Assembly (NCBI GenBank): GCA_023245895.1
Contig: JAHFJJ010000005.1
Span: forward strand, 1 to 53,479
Length of the DNA: 53,479 nt
Reading direction: 5' to 3'
Origin: Candidatus Doudnabacteria bacterium
GTDB lineage: Bacteria > Patescibacteriota > Doudnabacteria > UBA920
The notes beneath the pieces are model-generated. The model was given only the letters and a program-made list of their open reading frames with translations. It was not told where the DNA came from and searched no databases. Of this stretch, positions 17,741 to 25,762 are shown one piece after another. The position numbers and the translations under genes were made by a program. Position 1 is the stretch's first letter; each line of letters begins with the position of its first letter.

Positions 17741-18151
17741 CCATCCCGAGTGCAGCCGAGGGATCCCTTATCCATGGAAGAGACCACATACGCAGTCTAC
17801 ATAATGGCAAGTGAGAGCGGGACTTTGTATACTGGCTTTACAAAAAATTTAGTTAAGCGGGTTTGGGAACATAAGAATAATCTTGTGCCAGGGTTCACAA
17901 AGAAATACCAATGCCATAAGTTAGTATATTACGAAGTTGGTGATAGCTTTGACGGGGCATTGGCTTTTGAAAAGCAAATTAAAGGATGGAGCAGGAAGAA
18001 AAAAGAAGATTTAATAAAAACTATAAACCCGACTTGGAAAGATTTGTATAACAGTATTTTATGAAACCATTCCGAGCGAATGCACCTGAGAGAGGAATCC
18101 CTTTGTGTATACTTATGGATTTAAGGGATTCCTCGGCTGCACTCGGAATGG
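17741..18151 (+). mobile_element. F1 hairpin element carrying a GIY-YIG nuclease gene (candidate autonomous copy)
   Basis: Arm A CCATCCCGAGTGCAGCCGAGGGATCCCTTA (17741-17770), then the GIY-YIG ORF. Arm A2 CCATTCCGAGCGAATGCACCTGAGAGAGGAATCCCTT (18067-18103) follows, then a 16-nt loop. Arm A' TTAAGGGATTCCTCGGCTGCACTCGGAATGG (18121-18151) is the reverse complement of A with 2 mismatches. Confidence 0.6.
17774..18064 (+). CDS. GIY-YIG nuclease family protein (short, UPF0213/YhbQ-like)
   Basis: YAVYIMASESGTLYTGFTKNLVKRVWEHKN carries the GIY...YIG motifs plus a conserved Arg/Glu. 96 aa from ATG 17774. The ORF-track GTG at 17750 lies inside the repeat arm. Confidence 0.85.
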   Translation: MEETTYAVYIMASESGTLYTGFTKNLVKRVWEHKNNLVPGFTKKYQCHKLVYYEVGDSFDGALAFEKQIKGWSRKKKEDLIKTINPTWKDLYNSIL

Positions 18152-18223
18152 TATAATAATTTGTACGCAAAAGAAAAGCGCGATGTCCGTCGCGCGCGGT
18201 CCAAGGCCCAGTACGCCTTGAAG

Positions 18224-18394
18224 TTATGAGAGTAGCAGCATGGATAAACCTGAAAGACCTAAGCAGATAATTGATGCTATGCCCCAAGTTCCGTTTATGT
18301 TTTGAGTGCCTTTTCTTAGCACTTTGAAGCCCTGAATGCATCCTGCTGCCAATCCACCAGCCATCATAGAAACGGCGAACATCTGAAATCCCAT
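18224..18394 (-). CDS. small two-TM membrane protein (56 aa), below the ORF-track cut-off
   Basis: Hand translation gives MGFQMFAVSMMAGGLAAGCIQGFKVLRKGTQNINGTWGIASIICLGLSGLSMLLLS*. AGGAGG (complement of 18401-18406) lies 6 nt before the ATG. A downstream hairpin GCGCGA/TCGCGC (18178-18195) is followed by a T-run on the minus strand. Confidence 0.6.
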   Translation of the reverse strand: MGFQMFAVSMMAGGLAAGCIQGFKVLRKGTQNINGTWGIASIICLGLSGLSMLLLS

Positions 18395-18444
18395 CTACAT
18401 CCTCCTGTATTCAAGGAATCTATCATTTTTAATGTAATAAGTCA

Positions 18445-19071
18445 ATGCCCAAAAAGAAAAAAATAGTAATACCCACAGAATTTTCCGACAAGCCTAAGGG
18501 GTTGGTTATTTGTTATGTGGGGGCGGGCAAGGGGAAGACTACGGCGGCAATGGGCATGGCGGTGAGGGCGGCGGGGGATGGCAAGGATGTTTACATTTTG
18601 CAGTTTGTTAAGGCGGCGGGAAAATCGGCCGATGATATTAAAGAGGGCGAGTGGCCGGTAAGCAGTGAAATAACTTTTTTTGACAACGTAAGCTATGGAA
18701 GTAAAATTGGCCGTATAGAAAACGAGCAGGTTGGCCTTGGCTTTGTTGGCATACTTGGCGATAAAAAAGAAAAAGAAGCGCACATGCGCCAGGCGCTTAA
18801 AGGTGTGGAGCGGGCGCGGGAAGTTATATCATCCGGAGATTATGAATTGGTAATCCTCGATGAAATAATTTCAGCCCTGGAAGTCGGGCTGTTGGAAGAG
18901 CGGGACATTTTAGAGCTTATAAAAACAAAGCCCGAACTTACCCACCTTGTAATTACCGGACACAATAAATACCCCGCAATTTTAAAATACTGCGATTTAG
19001 TAACCGAAATGAAAATGATCCAGCACCCATATTACAAAGGTATTTTGGCGCAAAAGGGGATAGATTATTAG
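18445..19071 (+). CDS. cobO: cob(I)yrinic acid a,c-diamide / cob(I)alamin adenosyltransferase (CobO/BtuR family)
   Basis: P-loop VGAGKGKTTAAMGMAVRA and LDEI motif. 208 aa. The candidate leaderless promoter is TTCAAG (18410-18415), 17 nt, TGTAAT (18433-18438), then 6 nt to the ATG. Confidence 0.85.
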   Translation: MPKKKKIVIPTEFSDKPKGLVICYVGAGKGKTTAAMGMAVRAAGDGKDVYILQFVKAAGKSADDIKEGEWPVSSEITFFDNVSYGSKIGRIENEQVGLGFVGILGDKKEKEAHMRQALKGVERAREVISSGDYELVILDEIISALEVGLLEERDILELIKTKPELTHLVITGHNKYPAILKYCDLVTEMKMIQHPYYKGILAQKGIDY

Positions 19072-19087
19072 AGACCATTTTTAGGCT

Positions 19088-19139
19088 GTAGCGTGCCCAT
19101 TTATGGGCGGCTTGGATCGCCGATAAATCGGCACGCTAC
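19088..19139. repeat. compound hairpin repeat, family F2 variant
   Basis: Outer stem GTAGCGTGCC / GGCACGCTAC encloses GCCCATTTATGGGC and GCCGATAAATCGGC mini-hairpins. The 3' half recurs inside CDS 28078-29001 (28777-28800). Confidence 0.75.
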
Positions 19140-19157
19140 AAGGTGAAGCAAAAAGGT

Positions 19158-20594
19158 ATGTCTAAAAGTAAAATATTCACAGGCGTTGCAATAAGTTTCG
19201 CGGCCGGGATATTCACCGCGTCCAAGTTTAGCATTTCCGGACAGGCTGTTTATATATTCATTGGAGTTTGCGTTTTAGTGTTTGCTTTGGCTTTCGTAAG
19301 CCAATATAAAACTTCGGCGCTTGCGGCGCTGTTTTTATTTTGCGCAGGTTTGGGGGTTTTACGTTTGCAGGTTTCCCAAATCCCCAGCCAGTATGTAAAT
19401 TTATATGGCGAAAAGCAAAGTTTGGAAGGTTATATTGTGGAAGACGTGGATATGCGCACGGACAAGCAGTTAATTACTTTTAAGCCAAAAGGCTATAATC
19501 AAAACATTTTAATTACCACGACTTTAGGCCAAAAGTTTTTTTACGGCGACTGGATTGTGGCCGAAGGCAAGCTAAACGAGCCAAAGAATTTTGAAGACTT
19601 TGATTACCAAAAATATTTGGAGCGCTTTAATGTTTACGCGGTAATGAGCTACCCTAAAGCCCTGATTTTAAAAAACCACCGGTTAAATCCGGTTAATGAA
19701 TTTTTACTGCAAATTAAATCGGCTTTTGCCAAGCGCATCAGCCAATTTATTAAAGAGCCGCAGGCCAGTTTGCTTATGGGCATCCTTATTGGCGCGCGGA
19801 AAACTTTGCCGCAAAGCGTTATGGATAATTTTAACAACACGGGCGTGTCCCATGTGATTGCCATTTCCGGCTATAACATTAGCGTAATTATTAAAGCCCT
19901 GGAGTCTTTGGCCAAGCTGTTCGGCAGGCGGGTGAGCTTTTGGCTTTCGGTAATTTTTATTTTTGGTTTTGTAATTTTATCCGGCGCTTCGGCCTCGGTT
20001 ATCCGCGCCGCGGTTATGGGCGCGCTTTTGCTGGTTGCCTTTAACATTGGCCGCCAGTATTCCATAACCCCGGCCTTATTTTTTGCCGCTTTGGCAATGC
20101 TGGTTATTAACCCTAAAATTTTGTTTTGGGACATAGGCTTCCAGCTTTCTTTTGCCGCCACTTTCGGCATTGTTTATTTTTCGCCGCTCTTGGACAGCTT
20201 GACTTCGCGCTGGCCCAACCCAATCCAAATTAAAAGCATTTTATTAACCACCATGGCCGCGATTGTTTCCACGTTGCCTTTAATTTTATTTTATTTTGGG
20301 CGCCTTAGCGTGGTTGCCCCATTGGTGAATATTTTAATTTTACCTTTTGTGCCTTTAACCATGCTGTTAGGCTTTTTAACCGTCCTGCCTGTGGTGGGCG
20401 CGGGTTTTGCCTTTTTGGTTAATTTTTTATTGCTGTACATTTTGCATGTAACGGAAATTTTTTCCGCCTTTAAATTTTCCAGCCTGGAAGTTAAGATTTC
20501 CTCCTGGGTGTTTTTAGCCCTGGTTTTGGGCGTGTTTGGGCTGTATTTTGGGCTTAAGCGGCTGGCCGGGGCAAGACCATCACAGGGTAGTTAG
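19158..20594 (+). CDS. comEC: ComEC/Rec2 family competence channel protein (no beta-lactamase domain)
   Basis: Polytopic membrane protein with a DUF4131-like N-terminus and the competence domain (GVSHVIAISGYNISVI). ATG 19158 is preferred over GTG 19143, which lies in the F2 hairpin. Confidence 0.85.
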   Translation: MSKSKIFTGVAISFAAGIFTASKFSISGQAVYIFIGVCVLVFALAFVSQYKTSALAALFLFCAGLGVLRLQVSQIPSQYVNLYGEKQSLEGYIVEDVDMRTDKQLITFKPKGYNQNILITTTLGQKFFYGDWIVAEGKLNEPKNFEDFDYQKYLERFNVYAVMSYPKALILKNHRLNPVNEFLLQIKSAFAKRISQFIKEPQASLLMGILIGARKTLPQSVMDNFNNTGVSHVIAISGYNISVIIKALESLAKLFGRRVSFWLSVIFIFGFVILSGASASVIRAAVMGALLLVAFNIGRQYSITPALFFAALAMLVINPKILFWDIGFQLSFAATFGIVYFSPLLDSLTSRWPNPIQIKSILLTTMAAIVSTLPLILFYFGRLSVVAPLVNILILPFVPLTMLLGFLTVLPVVGAGFAFLVNFLLLYILHVTEIFSAFKFSSLEVKISSWVFLALVLGVFGLYFGLKRLAGARPSQGS

Positions 20595-20666
20595 CCCACC
20601 TGCCTGTCCGTAGGCAGGTTTATGGGCTGTTCAAAAACAATAACAGCTGATGAATCAGCTAACTAC
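20587..20666. repeat. compound hairpin repeat, family F2 variant overlapping the comEC stop codon
   Basis: Outer perfect 9-bp stem GTAGTTAGC / GCTAACTAC; the TAG stop at 20592-20594 lies inside it. Inner hairpins are ACCTGCCTGTCCGTAGGCAGGT, CTGTT..AACAG and AGCTGATGAATCAGCT. Confidence 0.75.
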
Positions 20667-20749
20667 ACAGGCTCACTAAAGCCATCTCCGGGTTGAACTA
20701 AATTCAGGCCTATGATAATATAGTTAAAGAATTTTAACCAAAGGAACCC

Positions 20750-21523
20750 ATGACCAACAAAGCATTAATCATCAGCATCTTCGCCATTGTAATAGTCTGC
20801 GCGGCCGCGGCCGGATATTTTTACTGGCAGCAAACCAAACCTTTAAAAGTAACAGATGAATATTTAGAGCAATCTAAAAAGAAAGAAGAAAATATGGACA
20901 GGCCTCCGCAAGAAGTTACTCCCACAACTACGCCTAAGACAGGCGAACAGGTGACAGAGGCCTTGGGAGAATGCAAAAGAAATTTTGATGAAAACAAGTT
21001 AAAGACAGACAAGGTAGCCATAGCCGGCAGGCAGGTAGAAATGGATGTAAAAGGTTTTGGGAAAATTAAACTTGAATTTTACGAAAAAGACGCGCCTAAG
21101 ACCGTAGAGAATTTTTTGCGCCTGGTTAATTCCGGCTACTACAACTGTTTGACTTTCCACCGCGTGGCAAAAGGCTTTGTAATCCAGGGCGGCGACCCGA
21201 GCGGCAACGGCACGGGCGGTTTTAGCGCTTTTGGGCCAAAGTTTGCCGACGAGTTAAATGCCCAAACGCCAAGCTATAAGGCGGGTTACGCAAAAGGCGT
21301 GCTGGCCATGGCCAACAGCGGCCCCAACACCAACGGCAGCCAGTTCTTTATTATGCTGGCGGACAACAACCTGCCCCATGCCTACACAATTTTTGGAAAA
21401 GTATTATCTGGGTTAGACGTAGTAGACAAAATTGGCCAGGTAACCATAACGCCCCAAATGGGCCCCACGGACGGCGCGCCGGTTACGCCGGTGGTTATGA
21501 GTTCAGTAAAAATAACAAAGTAA
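20750..21523 (+). CDS. peptidylprolyl isomerase, cyclophilin type, with an N-terminal membrane anchor
   Basis: FHRVAKGFVIQGGDPSGNGTGG and GVLAMANSGPNTNGSQFFI. TM helix ALIISIFAIVIVCAAAAGYFYW. Confidence 0.9.
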   Translation: MTNKALIISIFAIVIVCAAAAGYFYWQQTKPLKVTDEYLEQSKKKEENMDRPPQEVTPTTTPKTGEQVTEALGECKRNFDENKLKTDKVAIAGRQVEMDVKGFGKIKLEFYEKDAPKTVENFLRLVNSGYYNCLTFHRVAKGFVIQGGDPSGNGTGGFSAFGPKFADELNAQTPSYKAGYAKGVLAMANSGPNTNGSQFFIMLADNNLPHAYTIFGKVLSGLDVVDKIGQVTITPQMGPTDGAPVTPVVMSSVKITK

Positions 21524-21553
21524 CCATTTACGATTAACAATTAACGATTAACT

Positions 21554-22048
21554 ATGGAAAAATCTTTAGTTTTATTAAAACCTGACGCGGTTGACCGAGG
21601 GCTTATTGGTGAAATAATTACCCGTTTTGAACGCGCGGGATTAAAAATTGCCGGACTTAAAATGGTTTGGCCAAAAAAAGAACACGCGGCCAAGCATTAT
21701 ACAGAAGATTTGGCAGTCCGCCGCGGCCAGGCGGTAAGGGATTTAATGATAGAAATGTTAACGTCAGGCCCCATTGTCGCGGTCGCTTTGGAAGGGGTAG
21801 AGGCAGTTGACCAGGTCAGGAAAATGATTGGCGCTACCGAACCAAAATCCGCGGCGCCCGGAACTATCCGCGGCGACTTTGCCCACGTATCGTTCAAACA
21901 CGCCGACGCTAAAAAAATGGGAGTCTACAATTTAGTCCACGCCTCCGGCAGCCCGGAAGAAGCGGTGGAAGAAATTAAGGTCTGGTTTAGCGAAGATGAA
22001 CTCCATGGGCACACGCCCGGGTATACTAAGCATACGATTGCGTATTAA
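21554..22048 (+). CDS. ndk: nucleoside-diphosphate kinase
   Basis: LVLLKPDAVDRGLIGEIITRFERAGLKI, GTIRGDF, and NLVHASGS (active-site His). Confidence 0.9.
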   Translation: MEKSLVLLKPDAVDRGLIGEIITRFERAGLKIAGLKMVWPKKEHAAKHYTEDLAVRRGQAVRDLMIEMLTSGPIVAVALEGVEAVDQVRKMIGATEPKSAAPGTIRGDFAHVSFKHADAKKMGVYNLVHASGSPEEAVEEIKVWFSEDELHGHTPGYTKHTIAY

Positions 22049-22091
22049 ACGGATAAACACGGATTGATCACAAATTAACACAGATTCAAAA

Positions 22092-22117
22092 ACTCTCTTA
22101 AATAAGGGAGTTTTTTG
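22092..22117 (+). terminator. intrinsic terminator after ndk
   Basis: Stem ACTCTCTT / AAGGGAGT with a 4-nt loop, followed by T6. Confidence 0.7.
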
Positions 22118-22135
22118 ATATTTGGTAAGGTATTA

Positions 22136-22164
22136 TTGACAAAACATATTTTATATGCTATAAT
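22136..22164 (+). promoter_or_regulatory. sigma70-type promoter of an orphan island
   Basis: TTGACA at 22136-22141, 17 nt, and TGC-TATAAT at 22156-22164. Confidence 0.6.
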
Positions 22165-22224
22165 ATAAGGTCAATAATATGACCATCTGGTAAGTCGCCG
22201 GATGAACCTTGAGGAGGGTTGAAT

Positions 22225-22476
22225 ATGGGTGGAGTTGTTGCGCTTGTTGTGTTTATTGGTGCGGCGGCGACAAATCAGAGTTGGCCTAAAAAGCTGGCTC
22301 CCATCGGATACGGCGTCGTTTTGTTCTTCCTGGCTTTGGACATTCTGGGTTCCATCGGGGCAGGCAGGATGCCAATCCGATCGTTGGTCTTCAGTGCCGC
22401 GATTGAGATGATTCTTCTTGTCGTAGCGTATCCGGCCGGCCGCTGGATCAAGTCACAGTTTGACTCAGAGTTATGA
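22225..22476 (+). CDS. small membrane protein (83 aa)
   Basis: GAGGAGG (22211-22217) lies 7 nt before ATG 22225. The ORF-track TTG at 22219 is only 1 nt from the SD. Three hydrophobic helices. A terminator follows. Confidence 0.75.
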   Translation: MGGVVALVVFIGAAATNQSWPKKLAPIGYGVVLFFLALDILGSIGAGRMPIRSLVFSAAIEMILLVVAYPAGRWIKSQFDSEL

Positions 22477-22493
22477 GCGCGTCCTATCTCGCG

Positions 22494-22528
22494 AGAGGTG
22501 ATTTGCCGGAAATCACCTCTCTTTTTTT
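22494..22528 (+). terminator. intrinsic terminator
   Basis: 11-bp stem AGAGGTGATTT / AAATCACCTCT with a 5-nt loop, followed by T7. Confidence 0.85.
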
Positions 22529-22580
22529 ATTGATTAAATTCTTGGAATCTGTCTTAATATGGGGTAAGGAGGAATAGAGA

Positions 22581-22997
22581 ATGGTGGCAAGAGTCTTTAA
22601 AACTTTGGCTGACGTTGTTGGCTGGGCGGCTTTGAGCCTGTTTTTTGGAGCGACGATTGTCGGCTACGGTGGAACCATGGTTGTAGGCGTGGTTTGGGGG
22701 CTGTTTTATGGAGACATTGAACTCGGCTTTAAAAGCTTGGCGACTTGGGCTACCGTATGCCTTTTGACGGGCATTTTTGTGGGAAGATTCCATGAGCTCA
22801 ATGGGAGGGTGTGGTTAGGGCCGCTAATTGTAACCGGCATTACCCTGGGCGCTTATTCGTTTCATGTACACAGGGGCGAAGGCTTCCAGCCGTGGTTTAC
22901 CATGGGATTTTGGTGGTTTGTTTTTTATACCGTACCGTTTCTGGCTTTACCGGCATTGCTGTCCAGGCCAATCTTCCAACGCCGTCGGGCGGCGTAA
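22581..22997 (+). CDS. membrane protein (138 aa), four predicted TM helices
   Basis: AAGGAGG (22566-22572) lies 8 nt before the ATG. Hydrophobic throughout. No family recognised. Confidence 0.75.
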   Translation: MVARVFKTLADVVGWAALSLFFGATIVGYGGTMVVGVVWGLFYGDIELGFKSLATWATVCLLTGIFVGRFHELNGRVWLGPLIVTGITLGAYSFHVHRGEGFQPWFTMGFWWFVFYTVPFLALPALLSRPIFQRRRAA

Positions 22998-23155
22998 AGG
23001 CCGCGCGCTTAAAAGACATCGCACGAACCAAAAAGGGTTTGTACGGTGTCTTTATTTTTATTTTGGAGGATTGACTAACAGCTTGTTATGTTATAGAGTC
23101 TATCTACGCTTAACGGAGGAATATTTAAAATTCGTCTACCAATAGGGAGGTTGTT

Positions 23156-23962
23156 GTGGCATTAAGACCAAATCCGAAAGATATAGCAACTTTTGGCGCT
23201 TATGATGTTGGCCAGTTCGCCCGTTGGCTCCGGGCCGGTTTGGAAGGCTATCTGGTTAACAAAACCGGAGTTGGGAGTTTCAGGCCTTTGTGGTACTGCA
23301 TGCTTCAAGAGCATTCGCTCTTCGGAGATTTGGAAAATATTTACGACGATTTTTCCGCCCCGCAAAAAGCCATGATTCGGCAAGCAGTTGTGCTTTTGTT
23401 AAAAGAGCTGCCGGTGGAGCAAAAGTATGAGCCGGTTTTTGGAGTGCTGCTCGATTTTGCTGCCGCAATAAGCGCCGTTGATGTTCTGTCTTCAATTCCT
23501 GCGCGGGGAGAAGGATTTCTTATTTTGGAACCAGTAAATCAGGATACTCCTTCTCTGTATAGCAGAGCACTTCATCTGGTTGTCAACTTAGCTAACCCAA
23601 TAGCTGATGCGAGGCCATGTATTGAGAGGCTTATTGGGGCTTCCGACTCATTTTCCTGTGATGATGCCTGGTGGGCGCTCATTGGCCTTTGCAGGGTTGC
23701 TCCAGAAGAATTCGTAAAGCATGTTGGCCTTCTTCGAGGCCATCTGGTCCGGAACCTCAAGAAATGGCAGCCTACTGAACAGGGTCAGCTTAACCTAGCC
23801 GGCTATTTGGTATCCGCAGTTGGCCCGGACAGAATTAAAGCCGATTTGCCTGTGGCGGTTCAAGAGATGGGCCTGGGTCCGGCCGATGCTGGGCTTGAAG
23901 TGGATGATCCAGTTTCCGGTTTGGTAGATATGTTCAGCAGGCTTAAAAAAGTTGAGGCATGA
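23156..23962 (+). CDS. hypothetical protein (268 aa), soluble, helical-repeat-like
   Basis: GGGAGG (23145-23150) lies 5 nt before the GTG. A terminator follows. No family recognised. Confidence 0.7.
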   Translation: MALRPNPKDIATFGAYDVGQFARWLRAGLEGYLVNKTGVGSFRPLWYCMLQEHSLFGDLENIYDDFSAPQKAMIRQAVVLLLKELPVEQKYEPVFGVLLDFAAAISAVDVLSSIPARGEGFLILEPVNQDTPSLYSRALHLVVNLANPIADARPCIERLIGASDSFSCDDAWWALIGLCRVAPEEFVKHVGLLRGHLVRNLKKWQPTEQGQLNLAGYLVSAVGPDRIKADLPVAVQEMGLGPADAGLEVDDPVSGLVDMFSRLKKVEA

Positions 23963-23989
23963 TTACGCACGATTTTAAAAGAGCCAAAA

Positions 23990-24030
23990 AAGGCCATTGT
24001 ATCGCAACCGCGACGCAATGGCCTTTATTT
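23990..24030 (+). terminator. intrinsic terminator
   Basis: Stem AGGCCATTG / CAATGGCCT followed by TTTATTT. Confidence 0.7.
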
Positions 24031-24063
24031 CAAATGTGTACAAATGTGAACGTTTGAAACAAA

Positions 24064-25578
24064 TCACTTTTTGCGGAAGAAACGGGGCAAAGAAAAATCT
24101 TTGAGTTTTAATTCTTTTATCCTATCGTAAATGCCTTTGTTGTTTTCGGCCAGGTAGTGGCGGATGCGGTTTTTGGAGGTGTGGGCTTTGGCGGCTTTTA
24201 GCCAGGCATGGGAAATTTTTACCGGCTTTTTTGACTTTATAATTTCCACCACGTCTTCATTTTCCAGTTCGTCGTAAATGCTGCCCATTTTGCCGTTAAT
24301 TTTCGCGCCCATCATGTGGTAGCCCAAATCCGAGTGCACGGCAAAAGCAAAATCTATAACCGTGGCGCCCGCCGGCAAATCTTTAATGTCGCCTTTGGGG
24401 GTGAAGACGAAAATGCGGTCGCGGAAAAAATCTATTTTTAAACTTTCCAAAAATTCTTCGGGGCTGGAGGTTTCTTCCTGCCAGGATTGCAGTTCTTTTA
24501 TCCATTTGGCGGAAAGCCTGCCGGAAGTTTCCGGCTTGCCTTCTTCGGCGTAAAACCAGTGCGCCGCCACCCCGCGTTCGGCTTCCTCGTGCATTAGGTC
24601 GGTGCGGATTTGGATTTCAAAAGTCTTGCTTTCTTTGTTAAAGACCGTGGTGTGGATGCTCTGGTAGCCGTTGGGCTTGGGGGTGGCAATAAAGTCTTTA
24701 ATCCTGCCCGGCACCGGCTGGAAGTGCTTGTGGATGACGCCCAAAACCGCGTAGCAATCGGCCGTAGATTTAGCAATGACCCTTAGTGCCACAATGTCAT
24801 ATATTTTTTTTATATCCCCGTTGTACTTTTCCAGTTTCCTAAAAAGCGAATACAGGCGCTTAATGCGGCCGGAAATTTCCAAATATTTTATGCCCTCGGT
24901 CCTTAAGGTGTGGTTGAGCATTTTTTCCATTTGCTTAACGCCGTCATCGCGGTGGGTAAGCTCCTCTTGCAAAAGTTTTTGGGTTGCTTCGTACTGCTTG
25001 GGGTAGACAATTTTAAAAGATAAATCTTCCAATTCGTCTTTCCAACTTCCAATGCCCAAACGGGCGGCAATAGGCGCGTAAATTTCCAGGGTTTCCGATG
25101 CCACCTTAACCTGTTTTTCCGGCGGGATGAATTCGATGGTCCGCATATTGTGGATGCGGTCGGCCAGTTTTATCAGGATGACGCGGATGTCATGGCTGGT
25201 GGCAATAAAAAGTTTGCGCAAATTTTCCACGTAATATTTGTCTTTGCTGTTTTTCATGCGCACATGGCCCAGCTGGGTAACGCCGTCAATTAGCCGGGCG
25301 ATTTCTTCGCCGAATTGCCGGGTAATTTCTTCCAAGGTTACCTTGGTATCTTCCGGCACGTCGTGGAGCAGGGTGGCGGCCAAGGTGTTAGGGTCCGGGA
25401 AAATCCTGCCTAAAATTAGTGACGCTTCGTAAACATGGACAAAATAATCCTCGCCGCTTTTGCGCTTTTGGCCTTTATGGGCATTATAAGAAAACAGGTA
25501 GGCTTTATGGAGGGTTTTTTCCTCTTCAGGCTTGAATTTATGGGGGATGGAATGCAGAAAGTCGCTAAAGTTTTTCAT
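24064..25578 (-). CDS. relA: bifunctional (p)ppGpp synthetase/hydrolase, RelA/SpoT homologue
   Basis: HD hydrolase domain (LLHDVPEDT), synthetase domain (GYQSIHTTV) and TGS domain (FTPKGDIKDLPAGATVIDFAFAVH). 504 aa with no ACT domain. Confidence 0.9.
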   Translation of the reverse strand: MKNFSDFLHSIPHKFKPEEEKTLHKAYLFSYNAHKGQKRKSGEDYFVHVYEASLILGRIFPDPNTLAATLLHDVPEDTKVTLEEITRQFGEEIARLIDGVTQLGHVRMKNSKDKYYVENLRKLFIATSHDIRVILIKLADRIHNMRTIEFIPPEKQVKVASETLEIYAPIAARLGIGSWKDELEDLSFKIVYPKQYEATQKLLQEELTHRDDGVKQMEKMLNHTLRTEGIKYLEISGRIKRLYSLFRKLEKYNGDIKKIYDIVALRVIAKSTADCYAVLGVIHKHFQPVPGRIKDFIATPKPNGYQSIHTTVFNKESKTFEIQIRTDLMHEEAERGVAAHWFYAEEGKPETSGRLSAKWIKELQSWQEETSSPEEFLESLKIDFFRDRIFVFTPKGDIKDLPAGATVIDFAFAVHSDLGYHMMGAKINGKMGSIYDELENEDVVEIIKSKKPVKISHAWLKAAKAHTSKNRIRHYLAENNKGIYDRIKELKLKDFSLPRFFRKK

Positions 25579-25762
25579 TATACTGAATACTAATGTAAGA
25601 TGTAATTATTGTAGCATTTTAGGGTCTAAATTTCTAATTATACTAATTGGTCTAATTGACCTAAAAAATGTCCAAATACACAATTTCTAAAATTCCGGCA
25701 GTAGTCATTGGTGCTTGTTTGGAATAATTAGTACAATTAGGTTAATTAGAATAATTTTATCT

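Noticed and set aside
25715-25762. N-terminal extensions given by the ORF track (mutM 25715, groES 30697, fba 50060, GIY-YIG 17750, 34698, 44159, 45356, 45738, 22219, 27596, 52729).
   Set aside because: Internal starts fit canonical protein N-termini (MPELPEV, MKVKPLG, MPLV...) or sit at the proper SD distance. The extensions run through hairpin repeats or start 0-1 nt from the SD.
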